In this document: piece by piece, positions 50,131 through 60,523 of the stretch
How positions within the stretch are numbered: the first letter of the stretch is position 1
How the letters are laid out: each line of letters begins with the position of its first letter
Assembly: GCF_003018255.1 (NCBI RefSeq)
Contig: NZ_CP027440.1
Source of the DNA: Escherichia coli
Lineage (GTDB): Bacteria; Pseudomonadota; Gammaproteobacteria; Enterobacterales; Enterobacteriaceae
Length of the DNA: 64,000 nucleotides
Reading direction: 5' to 3' (one strand)
Made by a program: the position numbers and the translations under genes
Notes under the pieces: generated by a model
The model's database searches: none
Seen by the model: the letters and a program-made list of their open reading frames with translations, nothing else
What the model was told of the DNA's origin: nothing

Positions 50131-50883
50131 TTACACCGGCGTTCCGGCATAAATATCAAAGCGATGCCCTTTGGTCACTACCGCGTTTGGCGTGGCGACA
50201 TTCGCCAGCGGCGGCGCGTAGTCCGGGCGCTTTACCACCACGCGTTTGGTCGCCAGCAAGCGTGCAGGCTCCAGCAATCCATCGGCATCAAGATCCGGCC
50301 CCACCAGCGACTGAAAGACACGCATCTCTTTTTTCACCAACGCGCTTTTCTGCTTATGCGGGAACATCGGATCGAGATAGACAACCTGCGGGCGCGGAGT
50401 AATATCGGTCAGCGCCGTCAGGCTGGAAGCGTGAATTAACTGCAACCGCTCCTGCAACCAGCCGCCGATTTCCGCATCCGCATAACCACGCGCCAGGCCG
50501 TCGTCGAGCAATGCAGCAACCACCGGATTACGCTCCAGCATCCGCACGCGGCAGCCGACCGAAGCCAGCACAAAGGCATCGCGCCCCAGCCCTGCGGTGG
50601 CGTCCACCACATCCGGCAAATAATCGCCTTTAATGCCCACCGCTTTCGCCACCGCCTCTCCGCGACCACCGCCGAATTTGCGTCGGTGCGCCATCGCCCC
50701 GCCAACAAAATCAACAAAGATGCCGCCCAGCTTCGGCTCATCACGCTTGCGCAGTTCCAGGTGCTCCGGTGTTAACACCAGCGCCATCAGGTTGTCTTCA
50801 TCGTGCTCCAGCCCCCAGCGGGCCGCCAGAACAGATAAGGCGCCGTCTCCGGCGCCTGTTTCATCAATTAAGCAGATTTTCAC
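50131..50883 (-). CDS. rsmJ: 16S rRNA m2G1516 methyltransferase RsmJ
   Basis: GTG start giving (M)[13 protein letters not shown], 250 aa. Confidence 0.85.
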   Translation of the reverse strand: MKICLIDETGAGDGALSVLAARWGLEHDEDNLMALVLTPEHLELRKRDEPKLGGIFVDFVGGAMAHRRKFGGGRGEAVAKAVGIKGDYLPDVVDATAGLGRDAFVLASVGCRVRMLERNPVVAALLDDGLARGYADAEIGGWLQERLQLIHASSLTALTDITPRPQVVYLDPMFPHKQKSALVKKEMRVFQSLVGPDLDADGLLEPARLLATKRVVVKRPDYAPPLANVATPNAVVTKGHRFDIYAGTPV

Positions 50884-50890
50884 TGAATGT

Positions 50891-52933
50891 TCAGCCCTTA
50901 ATGCCGTAATGCTCCAGCATCGCATCCAGCTGTGGTTCACGACCACGGAAGCGTTTGAACAGCTCCATCGGCTCTTCTGAACCGCCACGGATCAGAATGT
51001 TGTCGAGGAACGACTGCCCAGTTTCACGGTTGAAAATGCCCTCTTCCTCAAAACGCGAGAAGGCATCTGCCGCCAGCACGTCGGCCCACAGGTAGCTGTA
51101 GTAACCTGCGGCATAACCACCGGCGAAAATATGGCTGAAAGCGTGCGGGAAACGGCCCCAGGATGGAGACGGTACTACGGCAACCAGTTTCTTGATTTCT
51201 GCCAGAGTTTCGAGGATTTTCGCTCCCTGATCCGGGCGGAACTCGGCATGGAGGCGGAAATCAAACAGGCCGAACTCCAGTTGGCGCAGAATAAACAGCG
51301 CCGCCTGGTAGTTCTTAGCCGCCAGCATTTTATCCAGCAGCTCCTTCGGCAGCGGTTCGCCGGTTTCATAGTGACCGGAGATAAACGCCAGCGCCTCCGG
51401 CTCCCAGCACCAGTTTTCCATAAACTGACTCGGCAGTTCGACCGCATCCCACGGCACCCCGCTGATACCAGATACACCAGCAGTTTCAATGCGGGTCAGC
51501 ATATGGTGCAGGCCGTGACCGAATTCATGGAACAGGGTGATCACTTCGTCATGGGTAAACAGTGCCGGTTTACCATTTACCGGGCGGTTGAAGTTACAGG
51601 TCAGATACGCGACCGGTTTTTGCAGCGAACCGTCGGCTTTACGCATCTGGCCTACGCAGTCATCCATCCACGCCCCGCCGCGCTTGTTTTCACGGGCATA
51701 CAGGTCGAGGTAGAAGCTGCCGCGCAGTTCGTTGTTCTCGTCATACAGTTCGAAGAAACGTACATCCGGATGCCAGACATCAACATCTTTACGCTCTTTA
51801 GCGGTGATGCCGTAAATACGTTTCACCACTTCAAACAAGCCGTTAACCGCTTTGTTTTCCGGGAAGTACGGACGCAGCTGTTCGTCACTGATGCTGTAGA
51901 GATGCTGTTTTTGTTTTTCGCTGTAGTAAGCGATATCCCACGGCTGCAACTCATCGACGCCAAATTCGGCTTTAGCGAAGGCACGCAGTTGCGCCAGCTC
52001 TTTTTCACCTTGCGGACGCGCGCGTTTTGCCAGATCGGTTAAGAAATCAAGCACCTGCTGCGGATTTTCTGCCATTTTAGTGGCAAGGGATTTAAAGGCG
52101 TAGTTTTCAAAACCCAGCAGTTGCGCCAGTTCGTGACGCAGCGCGAGGATCTCTTCCATCACCTTGCTGTTGTCCCACTTACCGGCGTTCGGGCCTTGAT
52201 CGGAAGCGCGGGTGCTGTAAGCACGATACATCTCTTCACGCAAGGCCTGGTTGTCGCAGTAAGTCATTACCGGCAAGTAGCTTGGGATATCCAGCGTCAG
52301 CAAATAACCTTCCAGCTCTTTCGCTTCAGCCTGGGCTTTTGCCGCAGCCAGTGCGCTTTCTGGCATTCCTGCCAGTTCCGCTTCGTCGGTAACGAGTTTG
52401 GTCCAGCCCATTGTCGCATCGAGGACGTTGTTGCTGTACTGGTTGCCCAGCTCGGAAAGACGGGTGGCAATCTCACCGTAGCGTTGTTGTTTCTCTTTTG
52501 GCAGACCGATGCCAGAGAGTTCGAAGTCGCGCAGTGCGTTATCAACCGCTTTTTTCTGCGCCGTGTTCAGCGTGGCGTAATGATCGCCATCGCGCAGGTC
52601 GCGATACGCTTTATACAGCCCTTCATGTTGCCCTACCCAGGTGCTGTATTCTGACAGCAGCGGCAGGGTTTGTTCGTACGCTTCACGCAGTTCCGGGCTA
52701 TTTTTCACCGAGTTCAGGTGGCTGACCGGGGAGAAGATACGCCCCAGCACATCGTCTACTTCTGCCAACGGCTGGCAGAGATTTTCCCAGGTGTACGGTG
52801 CCCCTTGCGCTACTACGCGCTCCACGTTTTCGCGGCAGTCATTCAGCGCCTTAGTCACGGCTGGAACGACATGTTCCGGGAGAATTTTAGAAAACGGAGG
52901 CAATTCAAAGGGAGTCAGTAACGGATTCGTCAT
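50891..52933 (-). CDS. prlC: Oligopeptidase A (M3 family zinc metallopeptidase)
   Basis: Start at [17 protein letters not shown], 680 aa, HEFGH zinc-binding motif. Confidence 0.93.
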   Translation of the reverse strand: MTNPLLTPFELPPFSKILPEHVVPAVTKALNDCRENVERVVAQGAPYTWENLCQPLAEVDDVLGRIFSPVSHLNSVKNSPELREAYEQTLPLLSEYSTWVGQHEGLYKAYRDLRDGDHYATLNTAQKKAVDNALRDFELSGIGLPKEKQQRYGEIATRLSELGNQYSNNVLDATMGWTKLVTDEAELAGMPESALAAAKAQAEAKELEGYLLTLDIPSYLPVMTYCDNQALREEMYRAYSTRASDQGPNAGKWDNSKVMEEILALRHELAQLLGFENYAFKSLATKMAENPQQVLDFLTDLAKRARPQGEKELAQLRAFAKAEFGVDELQPWDIAYYSEKQKQHLYSISDEQLRPYFPENKAVNGLFEVVKRIYGITAKERKDVDVWHPDVRFFELYDENNELRGSFYLDLYARENKRGGAWMDDCVGQMRKADGSLQKPVAYLTCNFNRPVNGKPALFTHDEVITLFHEFGHGLHHMLTRIETAGVSGISGVPWDAVELPSQFMENWCWEPEALAFISGHYETGEPLPKELLDKMLAAKNYQAALFILRQLEFGLFDFRLHAEFRPDQGAKILETLAEIKKLVAVVPSPSWGRFPHAFSHIFAGGYAAGYYSYLWADVLAADAFSRFEEEGIFNRETGQSFLDNILIRGGSEEPMELFKRFRGREPQLDAMLEHYGIKG

Positions 52934-53135
52934 TAGCGCAGTCCTGGTTAAAGAGGTTAAGGAAGCGCTCAACAGGCGCTTTACATAATGTGTGTAGCAT
53001 GGGGTTAAGTGTAGTGAATTTCAATGAGAAACGTTACGCTTTCGCGGCGGCGGCCTCTTTTCGGTATACTGTCCTGATAGGCTTTTGTGCGCCCCGAATA
53101 CGGGCCGATTTTTACTTACCGGAACACCTTTACCC

Positions 53136-53978
53136 ATGCTCAGTTATCGCCACAGCTTTCACGCTGGCAACCACGCCGACGTCCTTAAACATACCGTTCA
53201 GAGCCTGATCATCGAGTCGCTGAAAGAGAAAGATAAACCGTTTCTCTATCTCGACACCCACGCAGGGGCCGGGCGTTATCAGTTAAGCAGCGAACATGCC
53301 GAGCGTACCGGCGAATATCTCGAAGGTATCGCCCGTATCTGGCAGCAGGACGATTTGCCTGCGGAGCTGGAGGCGTACATCAATGTGGTAAAACACTTCA
53401 ACCGTAGCGGGCAGTTGCGTTATTACCCCGGTTCGCCGTTGATTGCTCGCCAGCTACTGCGTGAACAGGACAGCCTGCAACTGACCGAGCTGCACCCGAG
53501 CGATTACCCGTTGCTGCGTTCTGAATTTCAGAAAGACAGCCGTGCGCGCGTCGAAAAAGCCGACGGTTTCCAGCAGCTTAAGGCCAAGCTGCCGCCGGTT
53601 TCCCGCCGTGGTTTAATCCTTATCGACCCGCCGTATGAAATGAAAACCGACTATCAGGCGGTGGTCAGCGGGATAGCAGAAGGTTACAAACGTTTCGCCA
53701 CTGGCACTTACGCATTGTGGTATCCAGTGGTGCTGCGCCAGCAAATTAAGCGCATGATCCACGACCTGGAAGCGACCGGCATTCGCAAAATTCTGCAAAT
53801 TGAACTGGCGGTGCTGCCAGACAGCGATCGCCGTGGCATGACCGCTTCCGGCATGATTGTGATTAATCCGCCGTGGAAGCTGGAACAGCAGATGAATAAC
53901 GTGCTGCCGTGGCTGCACAGCAAACTGGTTCCAGCTGGCACTGGGCACGCCACCGTAAGCTGGATCGTGCCGGAGTAA
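53136..53978 (+). CDS. rlmJ: 23S rRNA m6A2030 methyltransferase RlmJ
   Basis: Start at MLSYRHSFHAGNHADVLKH, 280 aa, DPPY motif. Confidence 0.88.
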   Translation: MLSYRHSFHAGNHADVLKHTVQSLIIESLKEKDKPFLYLDTHAGAGRYQLSSEHAERTGEYLEGIARIWQQDDLPAELEAYINVVKHFNRSGQLRYYPGSPLIARQLLREQDSLQLTELHPSDYPLLRSEFQKDSRARVEKADGFQQLKAKLPPVSRRGLILIDPPYEMKTDYQAVVSGIAEGYKRFATGTYALWYPVVLRQQIKRMIHDLEATGIRKILQIELAVLPDSDRRGMTASGMIVINPPWKLEQQMNNVLPWLHSKLVPAGTGHATVSWIVPE

Positions 53979-54049
53979 TTGCAGCCATCGCTGGCACCTA
54001 TTACGTCTCGCGCTACAATCGCGGTAATCAACGATAAGGACAATATGTC

Positions 54050-55402
54050 ATGACTAAACACTATGATTACATCGCCATCGGCGGCGGCAGCGGCGGTATC
54101 GCCTCCATCAACCGCGCGGCTATGTACGGTCAGAAATGCGCGCTGATTGAAGCCAAAGAACTGGGCGGCACCTGCGTGAACGTCGGCTGCGTGCCGAAAA
54201 AAGTGATGTGGCACGCGGCGCAAATCCGTGAAGCGATCCACATGTACGGTCCGGATTATGGTTTCGATACCACTATCAATAAATTCAACTGGGAAACGTT
54301 GATCGCCAGCCGTACCGCCTATATCGACCGTATTCATACTTCCTATGAAAACGTGCTCGGTAAAAATAACGTTGATGTAATCAAAGGCTTTGCCCGCTTC
54401 GTTGATGCCAAAACGCTGGAGGTAAACGGCGAAACCATCACGGCCGATCATATTCTGATCGCCACCGGCGGTCGTCCGAGCCACCCGGATATTCCAGGCG
54501 TGGAATACGGTATTGATTCTGATGGCTTCTTCGCCCTTCCTGCTTTGCCAGAGCGCGTGGCGGTTGTTGGCGCAGGTTACATCGCCGTGGAACTGGCGGG
54601 CGTGATTAACGGCCTCGGCGCGAAAACGCATCTGTTTGTGCGTAAACATGCGCCGCTGCGCAGCTTCGACCCGATGATCTCTGAAACGCTGGTCGAAGTG
54701 ATGAACGCCGAAGGCCCGCAGTTGCATACCAACGCCATCCCGAAAGCAGTAGTGAAAAATGCTGATGGTAGCCTGACGCTGGAGCTGGAAGATGGGCGCA
54801 GTGAAACGGTGGATTGCCTGATTTGGGCGATTGGTCGCGAGCCTGCCAATGACAACATCAACCTGGAAGCCGCTGGCGTTAAAACTAACGAAAAAGGCTA
54901 TATCGTCGTCGATAAATATCAAAATACCAACGTTGAAGGTATTTACGCGGTGGGCGATAACACGGGTGCAGTGGAACTGACACCGGTGGCAGTTGCAGCG
55001 GGTCGCCGTCTCTCTGAACGCCTGTTTAATAACAAGCCGGATGAGCATCTGGATTACAGCAACATTCCGACCGTGGTCTTCAGCCATCCGCCGATTGGGA
55101 CTGTTGGTTTAACGGAACCGCAGGCGCGCGAGCAGTACGGCGACGATCAGGTGAAAGTGTATAAATCCTCTTTCACCGCGATGTATACCGCCGTCACCAC
55201 TCACCGCCAGCCGTGCCGCATGAAACTGGTATGCGTTGGACCGGAAGAGAAGATTGTCGGAATTCACGGCATTGGTTTTGGTATGGATGAAATGTTGCAG
55301 GGCTTCGCGGTGGCGCTGAAGATGGGCGCAACCAAAAAAGACTTCGACAACACGGTTGCCATTCACCCGACAGCGGCAGAAGAGTTCGTGACAATGCGTT
55401 AA
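54050..55402 (+). CDS. gor: Glutathione reductase
   Basis: 450 aa, GGGSGG FAD-binding motif and CVNVGC redox-active disulfide. Confidence 0.95.
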   Translation: MTKHYDYIAIGGGSGGIASINRAAMYGQKCALIEAKELGGTCVNVGCVPKKVMWHAAQIREAIHMYGPDYGFDTTINKFNWETLIASRTAYIDRIHTSYENVLGKNNVDVIKGFARFVDAKTLEVNGETITADHILIATGGRPSHPDIPGVEYGIDSDGFFALPALPERVAVVGAGYIAVELAGVINGLGAKTHLFVRKHAPLRSFDPMISETLVEVMNAEGPQLHTNAIPKAVVKNADGSLTLELEDGRSETVDCLIWAIGREPANDNINLEAAGVKTNEKGYIVVDKYQNTNVEGIYAVGDNTGAVELTPVAVAAGRRLSERLFNNKPDEHLDYSNIPTVVFSHPPIGTVGLTEPQAREQYGDDQVKVYKSSFTAMYTAVTTHRQPCRMKLVCVGPEEKIVGIHGIGFGMDEMLQGFAVALKMGATKKDFDNTVAIHPTAAEEFVTMR

Positions 55403-55408
55403 ATGTTA

Positions 55409-55440
55409 AAGGGCTAAGAGTAGTGTGCTCTTAGCCCTTA
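55409..55440. terminator. Hairpin between convergent gor and dinQ
   Basis: aagggctaagag-tagtgtg-ctcttagccctt perfect stem-loop. Confidence 0.55.
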
Positions 55441-55455
55441 GCTACGTTTCCGCTA

Positions 55456-55539
55456 TCAGTTCAGAAGCTGAAGCAGAAAGCGGATCAGTTCCAGCAGCGC
55501 AATTAACGCCCCAAGAACGATGATTGCTTTATCAATCAC
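55456..55539 (-). CDS. dinQ: DinQ small membrane toxic peptide (type I toxin, SOS-regulated)
   Basis: Minus-strand GTG-initiated 27-codon ORF encoding VIDKAIIVLGALIALLELIRFLLQLLN; LexA box upstream; agr repeats nearby. Confidence 0.7.
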   Translation of the reverse strand: MIDKAIIVLGALIALLELIRFLLQLLN

Positions 55540-55732
55540 CCGTTTTCTCCATGCGATGGAGTGAGAATGCATCCGCTTACTCATCCACTGCCTGTCACGG
55601 CGCATGCCCCATTGTTAGATGTGGGCATTCTCACTCCGGCCAGAGCATCAGTTAACGGCACCACCCGTACTTCTGACCAGGACTTTGAAAGCGTTTATGC
55701 GCATTGCCAGAGTGAAAATGTCTCAGAGCTAA

Positions 55733-55748
55733 CTGGATAATCATACAG
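55733..55748 (-). promoter_or_regulatory. LexA box in the dinQ promoter
   Basis: Minus-strand CTGTATGATTATCCAG (CTGT-N8-CCAG, one mismatch to the CTGT-N8-ACAG consensus). Confidence 0.6.
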
Positions 55749-55809
55749 TACTTGCGGGTTATAAAACCAGCATGTCCTTGCAATAGTTTCAGTATGGTAT
55801 TAGCATTGA

Positions 55810-55895
55810 TGCGTTAGATGATGGCTATCTCACTCCAGTCAGAGCCACCAACTCAGGGCTGGAAAGTAAAAAACCGACGCAAAGTCGGTTTTTTA
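55810..55895 (+). ncRNA. agrA: agrA small RNA (dinQ antisense-type regulator), approximate bounds
   Basis: Repeat copy complementary to the dinQ 5' UTR segment (gtgggcattctcactccggccagagc) ending in the terminator ccgacgcaaagtcgg plus T-run. Confidence 0.5.
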
Positions 55896-56042
55896 CATCC
55901 GGATTCGGACAAGGCCTGGTACGGCAGCGACCCGATGAAAGTATATAAATCCTCTTTCACCAACATGTATAGCAAACTGTCCCTCCGCCAGCTGAAGAAA
56001 TCGCTAACGCTTGCAATGTTAGCCACTGGCTAATAGTATTGA

Positions 56043-56128
56043 ACCGTTAGATGTGGGCATTCTCACTCCAGCCAGAGCCACCAACTCAGGGCTGGAAAGT
56101 AAAAAACCGACGCAAAGTCGGTTTTTTT
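56043..56128 (+). ncRNA. agrB: agrB small RNA (DinQ translation antitoxin RNA), approximate bounds
   Basis: Second repeat copy ttagatgtgggcattctcactccagccagagccaccaactcagggctggaaag plus identical terminator hairpin and T7 run. Confidence 0.5.
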
Positions 56129-56280
56129 ACGTCCTGATTCAGACCTCCTTTCAAATGAATACCCAACTCAAAATTCACACCTATTACCTTCCTCTGCACT
56201 TACACATTCGTTAAACCATATGTGTTTTTGACTTATCCGCTTCGAAGAGAGACACTACCTGCAACAATCAGGAGCGCAAT

Positions 56281-56634
56281 ATGTCATTTCTGTTACCCAT
56301 TCAACTGTTCAAAATTCTTGCTGATGAGACCCGTCTGGGCATCGTTTTACTGCTTAGCGAACTGGGAGAGTTATGCGTCTGCGATCTCTGCACTGCCCTC
56401 GATCAGTCGCAGCCCAAGATATCCCGCCATCTGTCATTGCTGCGTGAAAGTGGGCTATTGCTGGATCGCAAGCAAGGTAAGTGGGTTCATTACCGCTTAT
56501 CACCGCATATTCCAGCATGGGCGGCGAAAATTATTGATGAGGCCTGGCGATGTGAACAGGAAAAGGTTCAGGTGATTGTCCGCAACCTGGCTCGACAAAA
56601 TTGTTCCGCAGACAGTAAGAACATTTGCAGTTAA
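56281..56634 (+). CDS. arsR: Arsenical resistance operon repressor ArsR
   Basis: 117 aa, ELCVCDL As(III)-binding motif in the HTH region. Confidence 0.93.
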   Translation: MSFLLPIQLFKILADETRLGIVLLLSELGELCVCDLCTALDQSQPKISRHLSLLRESGLLLDRKQGKWVHYRLSPHIPAWAAKIIDEAWRCEQEKVQVIVRNLARQNCSADSKNICS

Positions 56635-56688
56635 AAAATTTAGCTAAACACATATGTATTTTCGCATGTGTTTTATCCGGGAGGCATT

Positions 56689-57978
56689 ATGTTACTGGCA
56701 GGCGCTATCTTTGTCCTGACCATTGTATTGGTTATCTGGCAGCCGAAAGGTTTAGGCATCGGCTGGAGTGCAACGCTCGGCGCAGTACTGGCGTTAGTTA
56801 CGGGCGTGGTCCATCCGGGTGATATTCCGGTGGTGTGGAATATCGTCTGGAACGCGACGGCGGCGTTTATTGCCGTCATTATCATCAGCCTGCTGCTGGA
56901 TGAGTCCGGCTTTTTTGAATGGGCGGCGCTGCACGTCTCACGCTGGGGCAATGGACGCGGTCGCTTGCTGTTCACCTGGATTGTCCTGCTCGGTGCTGCC
57001 GTTGCAGCTCTGTTTGCCAATGATGGCGCGGCGCTTATTTTGACACCGATTGTCATCGCCATGTTGCTGGCTTTAGGGTTCAGTAAAGGCACTACGCTGG
57101 CGTTCGTGATGGCGGCCGGATTCATTGCCGATACCGCCAGCCTGCCGCTTATTGTCTCCAACCTGGTGAATATCGTTTCCGCAGATTTCTTTGGCCTCGG
57201 CTTTCGCGAATACGCATCGGTGATGGTGCCGGTGGATATCGCCGCAATTGTTGCCACGCTGGTGATTTTGCATCTCTATTTCCGCAAAGATATTCCGCAG
57301 AACTACGATATGGCGCTGCTGAAATCTCCCGCAGAAGCGATTAAAGATCCTGCCACCTTCAAAACTGGCTGGGTTGTTTTACTGTTTCTGCTGGTGGGAT
57401 TTTTCGTCCTGGAACCGCTCGGCATTCCGGTCAGCGCCATTGCGGCAGTGGGCGCGTTGATATTATTTGTCGTCGCTAAACGCGGTCATGCGATTAATAC
57501 GAGTAAGGTGCTACGCGGTGCGCCCTGGCAGATTGTCATCTTCTCGCTCGGCATGTATCTGGTGGTTTATGGCCTGCGCAATGCCGGACTAACGGAATAT
57601 CTTTCTGGCGTACTCAACGTGCTGGCGGATAATGGCCTGTGGGCCGCGACGCTCGGCACCGGATTCCTCACCGCCTTCCTCTCTTCTATTATGAACAATA
57701 TGCCGACGGTACTGGTTGGCGCGTTGTCCATTGATGGCAGCACGGCATCTGGCGTTATCAAAGAAGCGATGGTTTATGCCAACGTAATTGGCTGCGATTT
57801 GGGGCCGAAAATTACCCCGATTGGTAGCCTGGCGACGCTGCTCTGGCTGCACGTACTTTCGCAGAAGAATATGACTATCAGCTGGGGATATTACTTCCGT
57901 ACAGGGATTATCATGACCCTGCCTGTGCTGTTTGTGACGCTGACTGCGCTGGCGCTACGTCTCTCTTTCACTTTGTAA
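56689..57978 (+). CDS. arsB: Arsenite efflux pump ArsB
   Basis: Start at [22 protein letters not shown], 429 aa, multi-TM. Confidence 0.92.
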   Translation: MLLAGAIFVLTIVLVIWQPKGLGIGWSATLGAVLALVTGVVHPGDIPVVWNIVWNATAAFIAVIIISLLLDESGFFEWAALHVSRWGNGRGRLLFTWIVLLGAAVAALFANDGAALILTPIVIAMLLALGFSKGTTLAFVMAAGFIADTASLPLIVSNLVNIVSADFFGLGFREYASVMVPVDIAAIVATLVILHLYFRKDIPQNYDMALLKSPAEAIKDPATFKTGWVVLLFLLVGFFVLEPLGIPVSAIAAVGALILFVVAKRGHAINTSKVLRGAPWQIVIFSLGMYLVVYGLRNAGLTEYLSGVLNVLADNGLWAATLGTGFLTAFLSSIMNNMPTVLVGALSIDGSTASGVIKEAMVYANVIGCDLGPKITPIGSLATLLWLHVLSQKNMTISWGYYFRTGIIMTLPVLFVTLTALALRLSFTL

Positions 57979-57990
57979 TGAGATATTGAT

Positions 57991-58416
57991 ATGAGCAACA
58001 TTACCATTTATCACAACCCGGCCTGCGGCACGTCGCGTAACACGCTGGAGATGATCCGCAACAGCGGCACAGAACCGACCATTGTCTATTATCTGGAAAC
58101 CCCACCGACGCGTGATGAACTGGTCAAACTCATTGCCGATATGGGGATTTCCGTACGCGCGCTGCTGCGTAAAAACGTCGAGCCGTATGAGGAACTGGGC
58201 CTTGCAGAAGATAAATTTACTGACGATCGGTTAATCGACTTTATGCTTCAGCACCCGATTCTGATTAATCGCCCGATTGTGGTGACGCCGTTGGGAACTC
58301 GCCTGTGCCGCCCTTCAGAAGTCGTGCTGGAAATTCTGCCAGATGCGCAACAAGGCGCGTTCACCAAGGAAGATGGCGAGAAAGTGGTTGATGAAGCGGG
58401 TAAACGCTTGAAATAA
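57991..58416 (+). CDS. arsC: Arsenate reductase ArsC (glutaredoxin-coupled)
   Basis: 141 aa, MSNITIYHNPACGTSRN catalytic Cys motif. Confidence 0.93.
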   Translation: MSNITIYHNPACGTSRNTLEMIRNSGTEPTIVYYLETPPTRDELVKLIADMGISVRALLRKNVEPYEELGLAEDKFTDDRLIDFMLQHPILINRPIVVTPLGTRLCRPSEVVLEILPDAQQGAFTKEDGEKVVDEAGKRLK

Positions 58417-58454
58417 AGCGGCGATATCCACTGCCCATAGTTGGTAAAGTGCGC

Positions 58455-58505
58455 TTTGTTTATGTCGGATGCGACGCTAACGCGTCTTATCCGACCTACA
58501 AAACC
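58455..58505. repeat. REP element
   Basis: tgtcggatgcgacgctaacgcgtcttatccgacctaca. Confidence 0.7.
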
Positions 58506-58538
58506 GTGCATGGCATGAAATCTGTAGCGCGTAGCGCA

Positions 58539-58835
58539 TCAGGCAATTTTGCTATTTACGCAGCACTCCTCGCGTAAGAATTCAATTATCGCTTCCAGCA
58601 TTGCGTATTGCGAAACACACATCAGCGTTCGACTCTCACGGTTTTGTTTGACCAGCCCTACCGATACCAGTGCTGAAATATGGTGACTGAGTGTAGAGCC
58701 GGGTATCCCAAGCTGCTTTTGCAACTCACCGACCGGCAACCCTTGTTCCCCGGCTTTGACAAGATGTTTAAATATGAACAAACGGGTCGGGTGACCTAGC
58801 TCTTTCAGCGCTTTAGCGACTTCTTCCAACTGCAT
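58539..58835 (-). CDS. ArsR/SmtB-family transcriptional regulator with a C-terminal Cys cluster
   Basis: 98 aa from MQLEEVAKALKELGHPTRLFIFKHL (winged HTH); lacks the CVC motif but has C-terminal MCVS ... REECC cysteines; strong Shine-Dalgarno; divergent from the permease. Confidence 0.7.
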   Translation of the reverse strand: MQLEEVAKALKELGHPTRLFIFKHLVKAGEQGLPVGELQKQLGIPGSTLSHHISALVSVGLVKQNRESRTLMCVSQYAMLEAIIEFLREECCVNSKIA

Positions 58836-58941
58836 ATGATCCCCCTCTGTCTGGTTGATATTTCGATAATACCAGAAATATCTTGATCTGAATTTCATTT
58901 CGATTATTCTGGAAATATAGATTTATTCAATGAGGTTATGT

Positions 58942-59943
58942 ATGAGTAGTTGGCTTGCGATGCTGCAAGATGCCACAGAGATGTTTGTGTTTCTCGCCGT
59001 CGAGCTTTCTTTGCTGTTTATAGTGATTAGTGCCGGTGTGAGCCTGATAAGACAAAAGGTGCCAGACCATAAAATCCAGCAGATGATGGGGGCAAGAAAA
59101 GGGAAAGGCTATCTCCTGGCTGCTCTGTTGGGAGCCGTCACCCCGTTCTGTAGTTGCTCGACAATCCCTATGTTACGTGGATTGTTATCAGCGAAAGCCG
59201 GGTTTGGTCCGACCCTCACTTTTTTATTTGTTTCCCCATTACTTAATCCCATTATCGTCGGGTTAATGTGGGTGACCTTTGGCTGGAAAGTTACCTTGTT
59301 GTATGCGATTATCGCCGCCGGCGTCTCCGTACTTGCCAGTATTATCCTCGATTCTCTGGGATTTGAACGTCATATCATTGCCAGTAAAAGCTCATCAGCA
59401 AATTGTTGTGCTCCAGCCAAAACTTCGCCGGGGACGACATATACGCCAATAAAAGTGAGTTGCTGTAGTCCAGCGGCTAAAGCCATTGAGAAACCTGTAG
59501 TAAACTGTTGCAGTACCAAAGCTGTGGTAAGTATTAATCCCATAAAACTAGCCACCAAAGATGCGTTGCAACAGTTTAAAGATGTACTGCCATATCTTTT
59601 GTTAGGGGTATTAATAGGCTCTTTTATTTATGGCTTTATTCCCTCAGAGTGGATTGCCGCTCATGCAGGGGCAGATAATCCCTTCGCCATCCCATTGAGC
59701 GCCGTTGTCGGTATTCCGCTATATATCCGGGCAGAGGCGGTTATCCCTCTGGCATCTGTTCTGATGACAAAAGGAATGGGTCTGGGAGCATTAATGGCAT
59801 TAATCATCGGCAGTGCCGGCGCAAGCCTGACGGAAGTGATATTACTTAAATCAATGTTCAGAATACCGATGATAGTTGCATTCCTGACGGTTATATTAGG
59901 TATGGCTATCTTGATGGGCTATTTGACTCAAATGCTATTTTAA
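58942..59943 (+). CDS. ArsP-like permease (COG0701/DUF318) with TPFCSCS motif and Cys-rich loop
   Basis: About 333 aa, multi-TM; VTPFCSCSTIPMLRG motif typical of ArsP-type organoarsenical permeases; central loop CCAPAKTSP ... VSCCSPAAK ... VNCCSTK. Confidence 0.6.
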   Translation: MSSWLAMLQDATEMFVFLAVELSLLFIVISAGVSLIRQKVPDHKIQQMMGARKGKGYLLAALLGAVTPFCSCSTIPMLRGLLSAKAGFGPTLTFLFVSPLLNPIIVGLMWVTFGWKVTLLYAIIAAGVSVLASIILDSLGFERHIIASKSSSANCCAPAKTSPGTTYTPIKVSCCSPAAKAIEKPVVNCCSTKAVVSINPIKLATKDALQQFKDVLPYLLLGVLIGSFIYGFIPSEWIAAHAGADNPFAIPLSAVVGIPLYIRAEAVIPLASVLMTKGMGLGALMALIIGSAGASLTEVILLKSMFRIPMIVAFLTVILGMAILMGYLTQMLF

Positions 59944-60523
59944 ATAGATGCCAGCAGTAAACTATAAGGAGCATTGTGAGTGCCTTATCCTTCTGAGTAG
60001 AAAATCATAGATAGGATAATCCTTAAAAATCACAAATAACTTAACTAATGCTTTGAGAATGATGACGGATCCGTCAGTAAGTTATCAATCGACAATCACC
60101 ACGCAATCATGCTTCTCTGACATTTTATCGGAGAAGCAATGTCTCTTTGTTTCAGTGCTATCCCCCCTTTTAAAGGGCAGATTTCAGTCGCCAATACAAC
60201 ACATTTTTAAATACACTTTAACCTGGTTCATTATTACACATCTAAAACATCACAAAAATATCACTTCACACACTATCGGTGAACATCATAACTTTTTAAA
60301 ATGAGCGCTTTTTGATAGTTGTTAACGTTTTCCTTTACGATACTATCACTGCCCTTTTTTTATACACAAATATTACCGGGTGGAAATGAAAGGGAAGTTA
60401 AAGGTAATTATATCAGGAAGATATGACGCATTGTGTTTATTTCCGCGTAGAAGAAAATCCATTCCTGCTCTAATTCTCCGATTTACAAAAATTTAGCGAA
60501 ATAGATGAACAATAAGGAATGTT

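Noticed and set aside
55818-56033. 71-codon ORF spanning agrA and the gor-like remnant (contains KVYKSSFT as in the Gor C-terminus)
   Set aside because: Its similarity to Gor comes from the duplicated gor 3' fragment; it is most likely noncoding sRNA and remnant sequence rather than a gene.
55600-56130. Repeated blocks with spacers that could superficially suggest a CRISPR-like array
   Set aside because: Only 2-3 copies, unequal spacing, each copy ending in a Rho-independent terminator; they correspond to the dinQ 5' UTR and agrA/agrB sRNA repeats. No cas genes are present.
58930-58941. Upstream ATG (MRLCMSSW) as the permease start
   Set aside because: The GAGG Shine-Dalgarno is positioned for the ATG at 58942; the earlier ATG overlaps it. 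The choice is uncertain but does not change the call.
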